A stretch of DNA of 64,000 nt from an uncultured Planctomycetales bacterium. GTDB taxonomy: Bacteria > Omnitrophota > Gorgyraeia > Gygaellales > Profunditerraquicolaceae. Numbering within the stretch: position 1 is the first letter of the stretch; every line of letters begins with the position of its first letter. Location of the stretch: assembly GCA_964593005.1 (NCBI GenBank), contig CAZQGT010000002.1, positions 13,324-77,323 on the forward strand, in the 5' to 3' direction. The notes beneath the pieces are model-generated. The model worked only from the letters and a program-made list of their open reading frames with translations, was not told where the DNA came from and ran no database searches. Made by a program: the position numbers and the translations under genes. Positions 48,027 through 57,630 of the stretch are shown one piece after another.

Positions 48027-49067
48027 ATGAATAATAGTTTTCGGCGAGTCGCTTTAGTAAAAAGCGACAAGCGCTATGATAATATACAAAAGGCTTTAAA
48101 TCTTATAAAGCCGGATTTAGAAAAAATCCGGGGCAAAAAAAATATTTTAATAAAGCCTAATTTAACCGCAACAAATAACCTATACGCTAATACCGATCCG
48201 GTGGCGGTAGAGGCGGTAATAGACTTTTTATTAGATAATTTTAGCCAATTGCGCGCCAGCCAATTTACTATTTTAGAGGGTAGTGGCAGTGCCTATTATG
48301 AGAAAGTGGCTACTTATGAAGTATTTAAAAGGTTTGGGTATTTTGATTTAATCAAGAAGTATAATAATGTCAGGATAGAATGCCTTGAAGATTTTTCGGA
48401 ATTTTCAGAGTTTGGAATTATGTCTATTGCCGGACATGAGAAAGCGAAGATTGTGAAACATTTCTTTGATTTTGATTTTAGGATATCTATCGGGATACCC
48501 AAAACCCATAATTACGCCATGGCTACTTTTGGGATAAAAAATATGGCGGGCCTAATTAAAAATGAAGATAAATCGCTGCTCCACGGCCTCAGGACGCCAA
48601 GCGCGCCTGAAGCTAAAACAGTATTTACTTATATTCCAACTTCGGCAATTTCCTGGTTGAGGAGAAGGGCTCCAAATTTGGTAAATTTAATTTTTAAGAA
48701 ATCGATTGCCTACATGAAATCAACAAAAGTAATTCACAGGAATATTGTCAATCTTGCTAAGCTCACCTGGCCGGATCTTGTGGTATTAGATGCTTTTTAC
48801 TGTATGGATGGAAACGGACCGGTGGATGGCTTTCCTGTCAAGCTAGAGGCTGCGATAGCTTCAACTGATTCTTTAAAAGCAGATGGCCTTGGCGCCAGAT
48901 TAATGGGTATTGAGCCTGAAAATATAGGGTACCTTTATTATTTGCAAAAACTGGGGTTGGGGGATTATTCTCTTTTAGGTTTGGTTGGAGAAGACATAGA
49001 GAAGGTTAAGCAAAATTTTAAATTACATCCGACTTACGATGTCCAGAAGAGTTGGAAGATAGATTAA
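48027..49067 (+). CDS. DUF362-family protein
   Basis: RVALVKSDKRYDNIQKALNLIKPDLEKIRGKKNILIKPNLTA followed by ILEGSG matches the DUF362 N-terminal consensus as I remember it. Confidence 0.5.
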   Translation: MNNSFRRVALVKSDKRYDNIQKALNLIKPDLEKIRGKKNILIKPNLTATNNLYANTDPVAVEAVIDFLLDNFSQLRASQFTILEGSGSAYYEKVATYEVFKRFGYFDLIKKYNNVRIECLEDFSEFSEFGIMSIAGHEKAKIVKHFFDFDFRISIGIPKTHNYAMATFGIKNMAGLIKNEDKSLLHGLRTPSAPEAKTVFTYIPTSAISWLRRRAPNLVNLIFKKSIAYMKSTKVIHRNIVNLAKLTWPDLVVLDAFYCMDGNGPVDGFPVKLEAAIASTDSLKADGLGARLMGIEPENIGYLYYLQKLGLGDYSLLGLVGEDIEKVKQNFKLHPTYDVQKSWKID

Positions 49068-50030
49068 ATGATAGAAAATAAATTATCTCTAATTATCCCG
49101 ATGTATAACGCCTCTGATTGTATCCGGGAGAGCTTAACAAGTATACAGGAGCAAACCGCAAGAAATATAGAAGTTATTTTGGTGGATGATTGTTCGACGG
49201 ATGACACAGTAAAAAAAGCTAAAGGATTCCCGTTTAAGATAATTGAACTTTCGAAACGGTTATCACCTGCCGGAGTGAGAAATTGCGGGGTAAATAGTGC
49301 CTCCGGCGATACGCTTATATTTGTTGATGCGGATGTCGTTCTTAGGCCAGATTCAATTGAAGAAATTGTGCATTCGCTTGGAGCGCCGGATACTGAGGCG
49401 GTTTCCGGAATTTATACGCAAGATACTCCTCAGGCTAGTTTTTTTAGCCAGCTTCAAAACTTAATTTTGACCTTCAGGTACGAATTAGCTCCTAAATCTA
49501 CCGATTTGGTCTGTTCTTTTTTCTGTGCAATAAAGAGGGGTGCTTTTGAAGCAATCGGCGGGTTTAATGAAAAAATGTTTTATTATGAAGATATCGATCT
49601 TGGCAAAAGGCTTGCCTCAAAGGGTTATCATTGTAAAATAGACCCTAAGCTTAAGGTAGCTCATTTAAAATTATATAATCATGCAGGTTTGCTTATTGAT
49701 TATTTTAAGAAAACATCGGCAGTAGCCCTTTATATTAAAAAAGAGGGTTTGGCCAAAAAAATCAAGAATAATGCTTGGCCGTTGTCTACCAAAATAGCGG
49801 CCATAACGGGGCTATGTTTTTTGTTTTCTGTATGTTTAATTAAATTTACGTTTATCCCGGCCTTATTGTTTTTTTGCGTATATCATATTTCAGCAATTCC
49901 TCTTCTATCCTATTTAATCAGGAAACGGGATTTAAGTTTTGGCGTAAAATCTTATTTTGTACTTTTTGAGATTTATCTGGCAGTTTTTGCCGGTTTTATT
50001 TACGGGATTCTAGAAAAGGGGCATGAATGA
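49068..50030 (+). CDS. GT2 glycosyltransferase with C-terminal transmembrane helices
   Basis: LSLIIPMYNASDCIRESLTSI. EVILVDDCSTDDT (DxD). Two hydrophobic helices in the last roughly 80 aa. Confidence 0.65.
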   Translation: MIENKLSLIIPMYNASDCIRESLTSIQEQTARNIEVILVDDCSTDDTVKKAKGFPFKIIELSKRLSPAGVRNCGVNSASGDTLIFVDADVVLRPDSIEEIVHSLGAPDTEAVSGIYTQDTPQASFFSQLQNLILTFRYELAPKSTDLVCSFFCAIKRGAFEAIGGFNEKMFYYEDIDLGKRLASKGYHCKIDPKLKVAHLKLYNHAGLLIDYFKKTSAVALYIKKEGLAKKIKNNAWPLSTKIAAITGLCFLFSVCLIKFTFIPALLFFCVYHISAIPLLSYLIRKRDLSFGVKSYFVLFEIYLAVFAGFIYGILEKGHE

Positions 50031-51094
50031 TTAGTTCTCTAAGGTTCTTACCCCGGGTATTTTTCCATAAAGGAGACCCTTTACAGTTTATTTTTTTTAT
50101 TACCTCTAGATGCAACCTTAGATGCAGCCATTGTTTTTATCTAAAAAACCTGGATAATTCTAAGAACGAACTATCATTAGTAGAAATAGAGAAAATTTCA
50201 CAAAACATGGGTAATTTACTTTGGCTTTCTTTAACAGGCGGAGAGCCGTTTTTAAGAAAAGATGTTGCGCAAATCGCAGGAATATTTTATCGTAATAATA
50301 AATTTAACATTTTAAATCTATGCACTAACGGCACTTTGGGTGAGCAAATTATTCAGTCAACAGCTGAAATCTGTAAAGTTTGTAAAAATGCGCACGTAAT
50401 AATATATGTTTCACTGGATGGCCTGGAGGAAACGCATGATCAGATTAGGGGGGCTAATGGAGTTTTCAAAGCGGCCTTAGAAACAATTGCTGCACTTAAG
50501 AAGCTTAAAAGGGATTATAGGAATCTTAGTGTTTCAACTATTACGACCATTAATGCCCAAAATCAAGGGGAAATAAAAGAGCTGGCTTTATTTTTAAAGC
50601 GCGAGGTTAAACCGGATAACATTGCAATTAATCTTATAAGGGGAAAGCCCTGTTCAACTCTTTTAGGCGAGGTAGATTTAAAGTATTATTTTGATTTTAT
50701 AGAAATCCAGAAGCAAGGTTGGGAAACAGGGGATTTCGGGTACTTTAATTTATTCGGGAAAATTTTTATGCAGAAAAAAGAATTATTACAGAAACAAATA
50801 ATTGCCAGTGTATTTAAAGAAAACAAATATGTGATTCCCTGCCTTTCCGGAAATATAAGTTGTGTTATGACAGAAACAGGAGACCTGTATCCTTGCGAAA
50901 TTCTTGAAAAAAGAATTGGAAATATAAGAGATGCCAGTTATAATTTTAAAAAACTATGGCATTCCAGGGAGGCGGAGGAAATTAGGAAATTCATAAAAAA
51001 TAGTAAATGCTATTGTACTTATGAGTGTGCTTTAACTACGAATATTCTTTTTAACCCGATACAATTAGCGAGGATGTTTATTTCGAAGCTATAG
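50027..51094 (+). CDS. Radical SAM protein with SPASM domain
   Basis: FIFFITSRCNLRCSHCFY (CxxxCxxC). LSLTGGEPFL. C-terminal Cys-rich region (CLSGNISCVM...PCEIL...CYCTYEC) typical of SPASM auxiliary Fe-S clusters. Confidence 0.65.
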   Translation: MISSLRFLPRVFFHKGDPLQFIFFITSRCNLRCSHCFYLKNLDNSKNELSLVEIEKISQNMGNLLWLSLTGGEPFLRKDVAQIAGIFYRNNKFNILNLCTNGTLGEQIIQSTAEICKVCKNAHVIIYVSLDGLEETHDQIRGANGVFKAALETIAALKKLKRDYRNLSVSTITTINAQNQGEIKELALFLKREVKPDNIAINLIRGKPCSTLLGEVDLKYYFDFIEIQKQGWETGDFGYFNLFGKIFMQKKELLQKQIIASVFKENKYVIPCLSGNISCVMTETGDLYPCEILEKRIGNIRDASYNFKKLWHSREAEEIRKFIKNSKCYCTYECALTTNILFNPIQLARMFISKL

Positions 51095-51103
51095 GGGGTT
51101 TAT

Positions 51104-52090
51104 ATGAAATATCTAGTAACCGGCGGAACAGGGTTTATAGGCAGCGCTCTTGTTCGCCAACTTTTAAAAGAAGGAAATCAGGTGAGGGTATTGGATAATG
51201 GCCTAAGGGGAGATCTCGGCCGCCTAAAAGATTTTTCCTCTCAGGTAGAGATAGTAGAAGGAGATATCCGGGATTTAAAGGTTGTCCAAAAGGCATGCGA
51301 GAAAATAGATTCGGTTTGCCATCTTGCTTATTTAAACGGCACAGAATTTTTTTATACTAAGCCTGAATTAGTGCTTGAGATCGGCGTAAAGGGCATAGTT
51401 AATGTTATTGACGCTTGTATTAAAGAAGGTGTGCGGGAACTAATTGTTGCCTCCAGTTCTGAGGTTTATCAGACCCCTCCAAAAATCCCGACTGATGAGA
51501 CTGTGCCTTTAAGCGTTCCGGATCCACTTAATCCCCGTTATTCTTATGGCGCCGGAAAGATTATTAGTGAACTTATGGCGATAAATTACGGCAGGAAATA
51601 TTTTGACCGGGTAGTTATATTTCGTCCACACAATGTCTATGGACCGGATATGGGTTGGGAACACGTAATCCCGCAGTTAAGCTTAAGAATGAAAGAACTG
51701 TGCCAAAAAAATAAGGATAAGGTTATCCAATTTCCTATACAGGGAAGCGGCCAAGAAACACGCTCATTTATCTTTATCGATGATTTTATCAGCGGGTTAA
51801 TGCTTATGATAAAAAAGGGAAAGCATTTAGGAATATATAATATCGGTACAACGGATGAGATAACTATTAAGGAAGTTGCTATTGAAATAGGCATCTATTT
51901 TAAAAAAGAAATTGTTGTCTTGGCCGGTAAGCTGGCAGAAGGCGGAACTTTGCACCGTTGTCCGGATATCCAGAAGTTAAAAGGGCTTGGTTTTGAGCCG
52001 CGATTTTCTTTTAGCCAGGGTTTGAAAGCAACGGTTTCTTGGTATGATAAGAACGCTGATAAAAAAACAAAAATAAATAAGGAGAACTAA
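51104..52090 (+). CDS. NAD-dependent epimerase/dehydratase (extended SDR)
   Basis: MKYLVTGGTGFIGSALVRQLL. YSYGAGK (YxxxK). Confidence 0.65.
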   Translation: MKYLVTGGTGFIGSALVRQLLKEGNQVRVLDNGLRGDLGRLKDFSSQVEIVEGDIRDLKVVQKACEKIDSVCHLAYLNGTEFFYTKPELVLEIGVKGIVNVIDACIKEGVRELIVASSSEVYQTPPKIPTDETVPLSVPDPLNPRYSYGAGKIISELMAINYGRKYFDRVVIFRPHNVYGPDMGWEHVIPQLSLRMKELCQKNKDKVIQFPIQGSGQETRSFIFIDDFISGLMLMIKKGKHLGIYNIGTTDEITIKEVAIEIGIYFKKEIVVLAGKLAEGGTLHRCPDIQKLKGLGFEPRFSFSQGLKATVSWYDKNADKKTKINKEN

Positions 52091-52092
52091 AA

Positions 52093-53355
52093 TTGAATAA
52101 GCCAACTCAACTTGCATATAAAACAGGAACAAGCGTTATAGTCAAGCATTGTCAGATATGCGGCAATGACCAGCTAGAGCCAATTCTATTTCTAGGATAT
52201 TTGCCTCCGGTAAATAAAATGCATGTTATCGGTGAAAAACCTACGGAGGAGAGCAGTTATCCGGCGCAGTTACTATATTGTCCGCGGTGTCATTTAACCC
52301 AGCTTGGCCTTATTGTTGATCCGCGTATTTTATTTCCTCCGGAATATCCTTATACCAGCAGCACTACTAAGATATTAAGGGAAAATTTTGCCGAGTTGTA
52401 TAAAGAATGCAGCAGTTTAGTTGATTTAAAACCAAGTGATCTAATTGTAGATATCGGTTCAAACGATGGCAACCTATTGAGTAATTTTAAAGATAATCAC
52501 AAGGTTTGCGGTGTAACTCCTGAAGAGATCGGTAAAATCGCTATCCAGCGCGGCATTCCTACGATTATAGATTATTTTAATCATAACGTAGTAAAGAAGA
52601 TTTTATCAGAAAACGGTCAGGCAAAAATTATTACCGCAACCAATGTTTTTGCGCATATTGAAGACATTAATGAAATTGTTAAATGTATCTTGAGCCTGTT
52701 ATCTGGGGACGGGGTGTTTATTTCAGAGTCGCATTATCTCCTGCCTCTAATTGAAACATTGCAATATGATACAATATACCATGAGCATTTGCGTTATTAT
52801 TCTTTGCATAGCTTAGAGTATCTTTTTAAAATGCACGGTTTAGAAATATTTCACGCTAAACGTATTCCTACCCACGGCGGTTCGATTAGGGTATATGCGG
52901 CAAGAGCTGGAAAGTATCCCGTAAGGGATACAGTGTCTAAAATTTTAGAAGAAGAAAAGCCGGTTGTCTTAAGTAAGGAGAACCTGCTTAAGTTTAAAGA
53001 AAAAGTAGTGATATCGAAATTAGAATTAAATTCATTGTTAAAAGATATTAAGAAAAGAGGCCAGAAGATTTATGGCATAAGCGCCCCTTCTCGCGCAAGC
53101 ACCCTAATAAATTATGCGGGAATCGATGATGGGGTCCTGGATTATGTCGTGGAAATTAAAGGCAGCCACAAAATTGGAAAATATATGCCCGGGACGCTGA
53201 TTCCTGTGGTCGATGAATCAATGCTTTTTCAGGAGCAGCCGGAATATGCTTTATTGCTTTCTTGGCATATCGCAGATGAATTAATGCCTAAATTAAAACA
53301 AAAAGGTTTTAAAGGCAAATATATTATTCCATTGCCTTCGCCAAGAATAGCCTGA
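52093..53355 (+). CDS. Nucleotide-sugar C-methyltransferase, TcaB9/TylC3/NovU-like
   Basis: TTG start preceded by AAGGAGAA. Zinc-binding N-domain CQICGNDQLEPILFLGYLPPVNKM...CPRCHLTQ, four Cys. Central SAM fold (LIVDIGSNDGNLL). C-terminal domain of about 120 aa. The three-domain architecture and size (420 aa) match the family. Confidence 0.55.
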   Translation: MNKPTQLAYKTGTSVIVKHCQICGNDQLEPILFLGYLPPVNKMHVIGEKPTEESSYPAQLLYCPRCHLTQLGLIVDPRILFPPEYPYTSSTTKILRENFAELYKECSSLVDLKPSDLIVDIGSNDGNLLSNFKDNHKVCGVTPEEIGKIAIQRGIPTIIDYFNHNVVKKILSENGQAKIITATNVFAHIEDINEIVKCILSLLSGDGVFISESHYLLPLIETLQYDTIYHEHLRYYSLHSLEYLFKMHGLEIFHAKRIPTHGGSIRVYAARAGKYPVRDTVSKILEEEKPVVLSKENLLKFKEKVVISKLELNSLLKDIKKRGQKIYGISAPSRASTLINYAGIDDGVLDYVVEIKGSHKIGKYMPGTLIPVVDESMLFQEQPEYALLLSWHIADELMPKLKQKGFKGKYIIPLPSPRIA

Positions 53356-53384
53356 TTGCAGAGGAAAATAAGGGAAGATAGCGA

Positions 53385-55463
53385 ATGATAAGTTTAATAG
53401 CAGAGGTTCTGATTGTAAGCATCAGCTCCTGGGTGCTTACAAAAAAATGTTTTAATATAAGTTTATTTTCTGATGCAATCTTAGTTTGCTTTACTTTATT
53501 TTTCGGCCAGGTTGTTTTAGTAGAGACACTTTTAGGTATCGCTGGGCAGCTTTATTTCTTGAATGTTTTTGTCGCGCATTTATTGATTCTTTTGGTAATT
53601 TTGTTAATTTATCGGCATAAGAAAATGCCTGAATTTGCAAAACCTGATATAGATCCGTTTATTAATAGCAATTTGTTAATTTTAGCAGTTTCAATTTTCC
53701 TATCTTTCTTTTTGATAAAGGCGTATTCAAACCTGATTAATCCTGTTCAGGATATCGATAGTTTATTATATCATCTCGCTTTTCCTGCTGCCTGGATTAA
53801 AAGCGGTTCCTTGAATACTCCATTTTTTATATTTGGGTCGAAACCTATTTTAATTCCGAGCTTATTAGCAAACAGCGCTCCTTCTTATTATCCTATTAAT
53901 GGAGAATTATTTTTCACCTGGTTTATGTTGCCATTAAGAAATGTTTTTTTAGCAGACTTAGGAGAAGCCCCATTTTATTTTATAGGTATAACAGCCGTGT
54001 ATTCAATATTAACTAAATACAATGTGAATAGTAGAATAGCCCTATTGAGCGGATTCCTTTGGGTGCTCATCCCGAATATTTTTAAGCAGTTAAAATACGC
54101 TTCCCAACTTGATGTTATTTGCGCGGTATTGTTTCTTTTAGTAGTTTTTATGCTTTTATTATTAAAATCTAGGTTTACTCTTAAAAATGCTATTCTTTTT
54201 GGTGTTTCAATAGGGCTTTTTGTGGGAGTTAAATTTAATAATCTTATTTGGTTAGCAGCTTTATTGCCTTTTGCTCTTTATGTATTATATACGCGGGCAA
54301 AATTAAATAAGTACGCATTAAGCAGGGTTTTAATGCCTTCGGGCTTAATAATTTTAATGATTATTCTGTTCGGCGGTTATATGTATATAAAAAATTATTT
54401 TTTTACAGGTAATCCTATGTTTCCGGTAGAATTAAAAATATCCGATAAAACGATTTTTAAAGGCATACTTGATAGCAGCGCATTTAAGACGCAGATGTAT
54501 TCGAATGATAGCCGTGATTTATTCAGGCTTTTTAAAGAAGGCCTTGGTTTGCAATTCTTTTTTCTGATTTTTCCCGGCACATTTGCCTTTCTGGGTTTTT
54601 ATAAATACCTAAAAACAAAAGTATTTCCTTTGAAAGAGCATATGCTGCTTTTTGCCACTCCATTAATAATGCTTATTTTGTTTAAAATTTTCATCGGTGT
54701 TTATGTCGCGCGGTATCTTTTTGTTTATTTGAGTTTAGGGTTAATAACCGCCGTTATTTTAGCGGCCAAGTTGTCAAAAAATGGAGACAAATATATTGGC
54801 GTTGTTTCGTTCATTTCAATTCTGGCCGCATCTTTTGAATTAGCAAAAGGAAGCGAGCTAGTTGTTTCGGTTTTACTTTCTTTGGCAATTTTTATATTGT
54901 GTGTGTTTTATAAAAAACAAGCAGCTGCTTTTTATAAAAGTAAAAATTTTGGCAGGGTTATGTTTGCGGCGTTGTTGCTTGGGTCTTTGTTATTGGTCTA
55001 TCTCAATAATAAATATAATAATGAAGAATACGGCCGTTATCCTCTCAGTTTCAGCAAGAAGGAGGCTTGGCAGGCTGATTTAGGCAGAGCCTGGAAAGCT
55101 CTTAACGGGCTTACAGGGGAGGGTGCAAGGGTTGCTTATACAGGGCGTCAGGAGTGCCTTCCTCTATATGGCTCTGGATTTAAAAATTATATAAAGTATG
55201 TTTCTGTTAATGCAAAAGACATCACTCCTTATAATCATCCGGATGGTTTATATAGAAAAATAAAAAATTATTCGGCTTGGGAAAGAAACCTGAAAAAAGA
55301 GCAAATAGAATATTTGTTTATTGCGCTTCCTTTTCCTGCTAACAGGGAATCGGAGCCGAATAATTTTCCAATTGAAGATGAGTGGGCTGTCCTGCACGGA
55401 GAAATTTTTAAGCCGGTATTTAGTAATTCATTGGCACATATATATAAAGTAGCAATTAAATAA
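53385..55463 (+). CDS. Large polytopic membrane protein with C-terminal soluble domain (GT-C-like candidate)
   Basis: About 14 hydrophobic helices over about 520 aa, then a soluble domain of about 170 aa. No catalytic motif recognised. Confidence 0.35.
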   Translation: MISLIAEVLIVSISSWVLTKKCFNISLFSDAILVCFTLFFGQVVLVETLLGIAGQLYFLNVFVAHLLILLVILLIYRHKKMPEFAKPDIDPFINSNLLILAVSIFLSFFLIKAYSNLINPVQDIDSLLYHLAFPAAWIKSGSLNTPFFIFGSKPILIPSLLANSAPSYYPINGELFFTWFMLPLRNVFLADLGEAPFYFIGITAVYSILTKYNVNSRIALLSGFLWVLIPNIFKQLKYASQLDVICAVLFLLVVFMLLLLKSRFTLKNAILFGVSIGLFVGVKFNNLIWLAALLPFALYVLYTRAKLNKYALSRVLMPSGLIILMIILFGGYMYIKNYFFTGNPMFPVELKISDKTIFKGILDSSAFKTQMYSNDSRDLFRLFKEGLGLQFFFLIFPGTFAFLGFYKYLKTKVFPLKEHMLLFATPLIMLILFKIFIGVYVARYLFVYLSLGLITAVILAAKLSKNGDKYIGVVSFISILAASFELAKGSELVVSVLLSLAIFILCVFYKKQAAAFYKSKNFGRVMFAALLLGSLLLVYLNNKYNNEEYGRYPLSFSKKEAWQADLGRAWKALNGLTGEGARVAYTGRQECLPLYGSGFKNYIKYVSVNAKDITPYNHPDGLYRKIKNYSAWERNLKKEQIEYLFIALPFPANRESEPNNFPIEDEWAVLHGEIFKPVFSNSLAHIYKVAIK

Positions 55464-55464
55464 T

Positions 55465-56202
55465 ATGAAAGAAATTGACAATACCGGAGAAAGGATACTT
55501 TTAGAGAAAGAAACTCCTTTAATGATCGCGCGCCATTTCTGCGCCTATAAGTTTGCTAAGGATTATGTTATCGGCCGAAGCGTCTTAGATATCGGCTGTG
55601 GCGAGGGTTACGGGTCAGCTTTTTTGGCCGATTCAGCTAAAAAAACCCTAGGCCTTGATTATAATTCGGCTGTTATTGATTATGCTAGAAATAAGTATTC
55701 TAAAGAAAATTTAGAGTTTACCTGCCTTGATGCGGGTAACCTGGATTTATTAGGCAGGAAATTTGATATTATCTGTTCTTTTCAAAACATAGAACATATA
55801 ATAGATACACGTAAGCTTCTTTCCGACATAGATAATTTGCTGAAAGATAATGGGTTATTCATTTGCTCAACATGCAACAGGAATGATGCCTCTCCGAATA
55901 GTATTAAGCCCAGTAATAAATTTCATGTTAGAGAGTACCTTGCCGACGAATTTAAAGAGCTGTTAGAAAGCCAATTCAATATAGCTAAAATTTTTGGTTT
56001 AAGAAGGAGTATTGCTTTAAGGCTCAACAGAAGGTTAAAGAAAATAGGATTATTTAACCTCATGCCTCCTAAGCTGGATCCGGTAAAAAGATTTTTTAAT
56101 AAGGCGGATTGTAAATGTTTTTTCTGGTCAGAAAAAGAGCTGGATAGTTGCCTGGATTTTATTGTTGTTTGCAAAAAGAAGGAAGGGTGTATAGTTAAAT
56201 GA
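55465..56202 (+). CDS. Class I SAM-dependent methyltransferase
   Basis: Motif I VLDIGCGEGYGSAFLA. LGLDYNSAVIDYAR. FDIICSFQNIEHI. Confidence 0.65.
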   Translation: MKEIDNTGERILLEKETPLMIARHFCAYKFAKDYVIGRSVLDIGCGEGYGSAFLADSAKKTLGLDYNSAVIDYARNKYSKENLEFTCLDAGNLDLLGRKFDIICSFQNIEHIIDTRKLLSDIDNLLKDNGLFICSTCNRNDASPNSIKPSNKFHVREYLADEFKELLESQFNIAKIFGLRRSIALRLNRRLKKIGLFNLMPPKLDPVKRFFNKADCKCFFWSEKELDSCLDFIVVCKKKEGCIVK

Positions 56203-57596
56203 AGGTAGCGCTTGTCTATCCTCCGGCGGGAGAAAGAAACCTTAGGGGTTATCCTTTAGGTTTGGGATATTTATCCGCCTCTTTAAAGAGGCGGCATAGG
56301 GTAGATATTTATAATTATAATGGCTGTAAGTTTAAAGAAAGCCTGAGTTTATTTTTTAATTCTATTAAGCAAAGCAAGCCGGATTTAGTAGGCGTATCTT
56401 TTAATTCATTTAACCGCTGGGGAGCATATAAGATTATTGAGAGCGTTAAAAAAATCAGCAAAGATATTATTATTGTTTTAGGAGGGGTTCATCCTTCGAC
56501 TATGTACGGCCAGTTATTTCAATATTTTTCCGATTCTATCGATTTTATTATTCAATCAGCCGGAGAAGAATCTTTTTATAAATTATGTAATGCGTTAGAA
56601 TCAGGCCAGGGTTATAAAGATATAAGCGGTTTAGTCTATAGGGATGAAAAGGGAAATTTAGAAGCTAATGCAGTTACGAATAAATTGGTTAACCTTGATG
56701 ATTTGCCTATACCGGATTATTCTTATGCAACCGAAAGAATAAAAGATACCGGTTTTGCCTATCTTATTACCTCCCGGGGGTGTCCGGTTAATTGTTCTTT
56801 TTGCTCAACTTCTTCCTTCTGGGGACAGAATATCAGGATGAATTCTCCGGAAAGGGTGGGAGAAGAAGTTGATTATGTTAAGAGCCTGGGGGCAAAGAGG
56901 TTTTTCTTTTATGATGATACCTTTAACCTGGGGATTGAAAGAACGATAAAATTAGCCGAAATATTAAAAAAGAAGGATATAGAATACCAGATTTCCTGCC
57001 GGGTTAAGCCGGTTAGCGAAGAAATGATTGTTAAGCTTATTGAGTCCGGCTGTAAGCATATAACCTGGGGGGTTGAGAGTTTATCCGATAAGATATTAAA
57101 AGCAATTGAAAAGAAAATTAGCCGGGAAGACGTAAAGAATGCTTTTGATATTTGTGCGAAATATTCTGATAAAATGTCTACTGGAGCATTTTTTTGTGTC
57201 GGGGTGCCTGGAGAGACCGAAGAAACGATTCAAGAATCCGTAGTGTATTTAAATAAAAACATTAAATCCACTCATGGACCGGGGGCTTCTATGCTCTACA
57301 TTCTTCCCGGGACTAAAATTTACCGAGAGATGTTAAAGAATAAAGAATTCGATGAAAGGCTCTGGGTGAAAAACGGCTCTGTTTATTATTATACTAAAGA
57401 GCATAATACGGCAACTTTGAACAGGTGGCGTAAGGCAATCAATAAAAGCGGCATAAGATTGCCGTTTAATTATAAATACTTTTGGGATTATTCTACGATT
57501 GAAGAAAAAGAAAATATCGGAAAGATTAGAAAAGGATTTCGTAAAAATTTAAAGAAAATAAAAAGATTTATAGATATGTTTCGCAGCAGGTATTAA
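56199..57596 (+). CDS. B12-binding-domain radical SAM protein (class B)
   Basis: MKVALVYPPAGE N-terminus. Radical SAM triad TSRGCPVNCSFCST. Confidence 0.7.
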   Translation: MKVALVYPPAGERNLRGYPLGLGYLSASLKRRHRVDIYNYNGCKFKESLSLFFNSIKQSKPDLVGVSFNSFNRWGAYKIIESVKKISKDIIIVLGGVHPSTMYGQLFQYFSDSIDFIIQSAGEESFYKLCNALESGQGYKDISGLVYRDEKGNLEANAVTNKLVNLDDLPIPDYSYATERIKDTGFAYLITSRGCPVNCSFCSTSSFWGQNIRMNSPERVGEEVDYVKSLGAKRFFFYDDTFNLGIERTIKLAEILKKKDIEYQISCRVKPVSEEMIVKLIESGCKHITWGVESLSDKILKAIEKKISREDVKNAFDICAKYSDKMSTGAFFCVGVPGETEETIQESVVYLNKNIKSTHGPGASMLYILPGTKIYREMLKNKEFDERLWVKNGSVYYYTKEHNTATLNRWRKAINKSGIRLPFNYKYFWDYSTIEEKENIGKIRKGFRKNLKKIKRFIDMFRSRY

Positions 57597-57630
57597 TACC
57601 TGCTCTCTTTTACAAAAACGAAAGGTTTTA

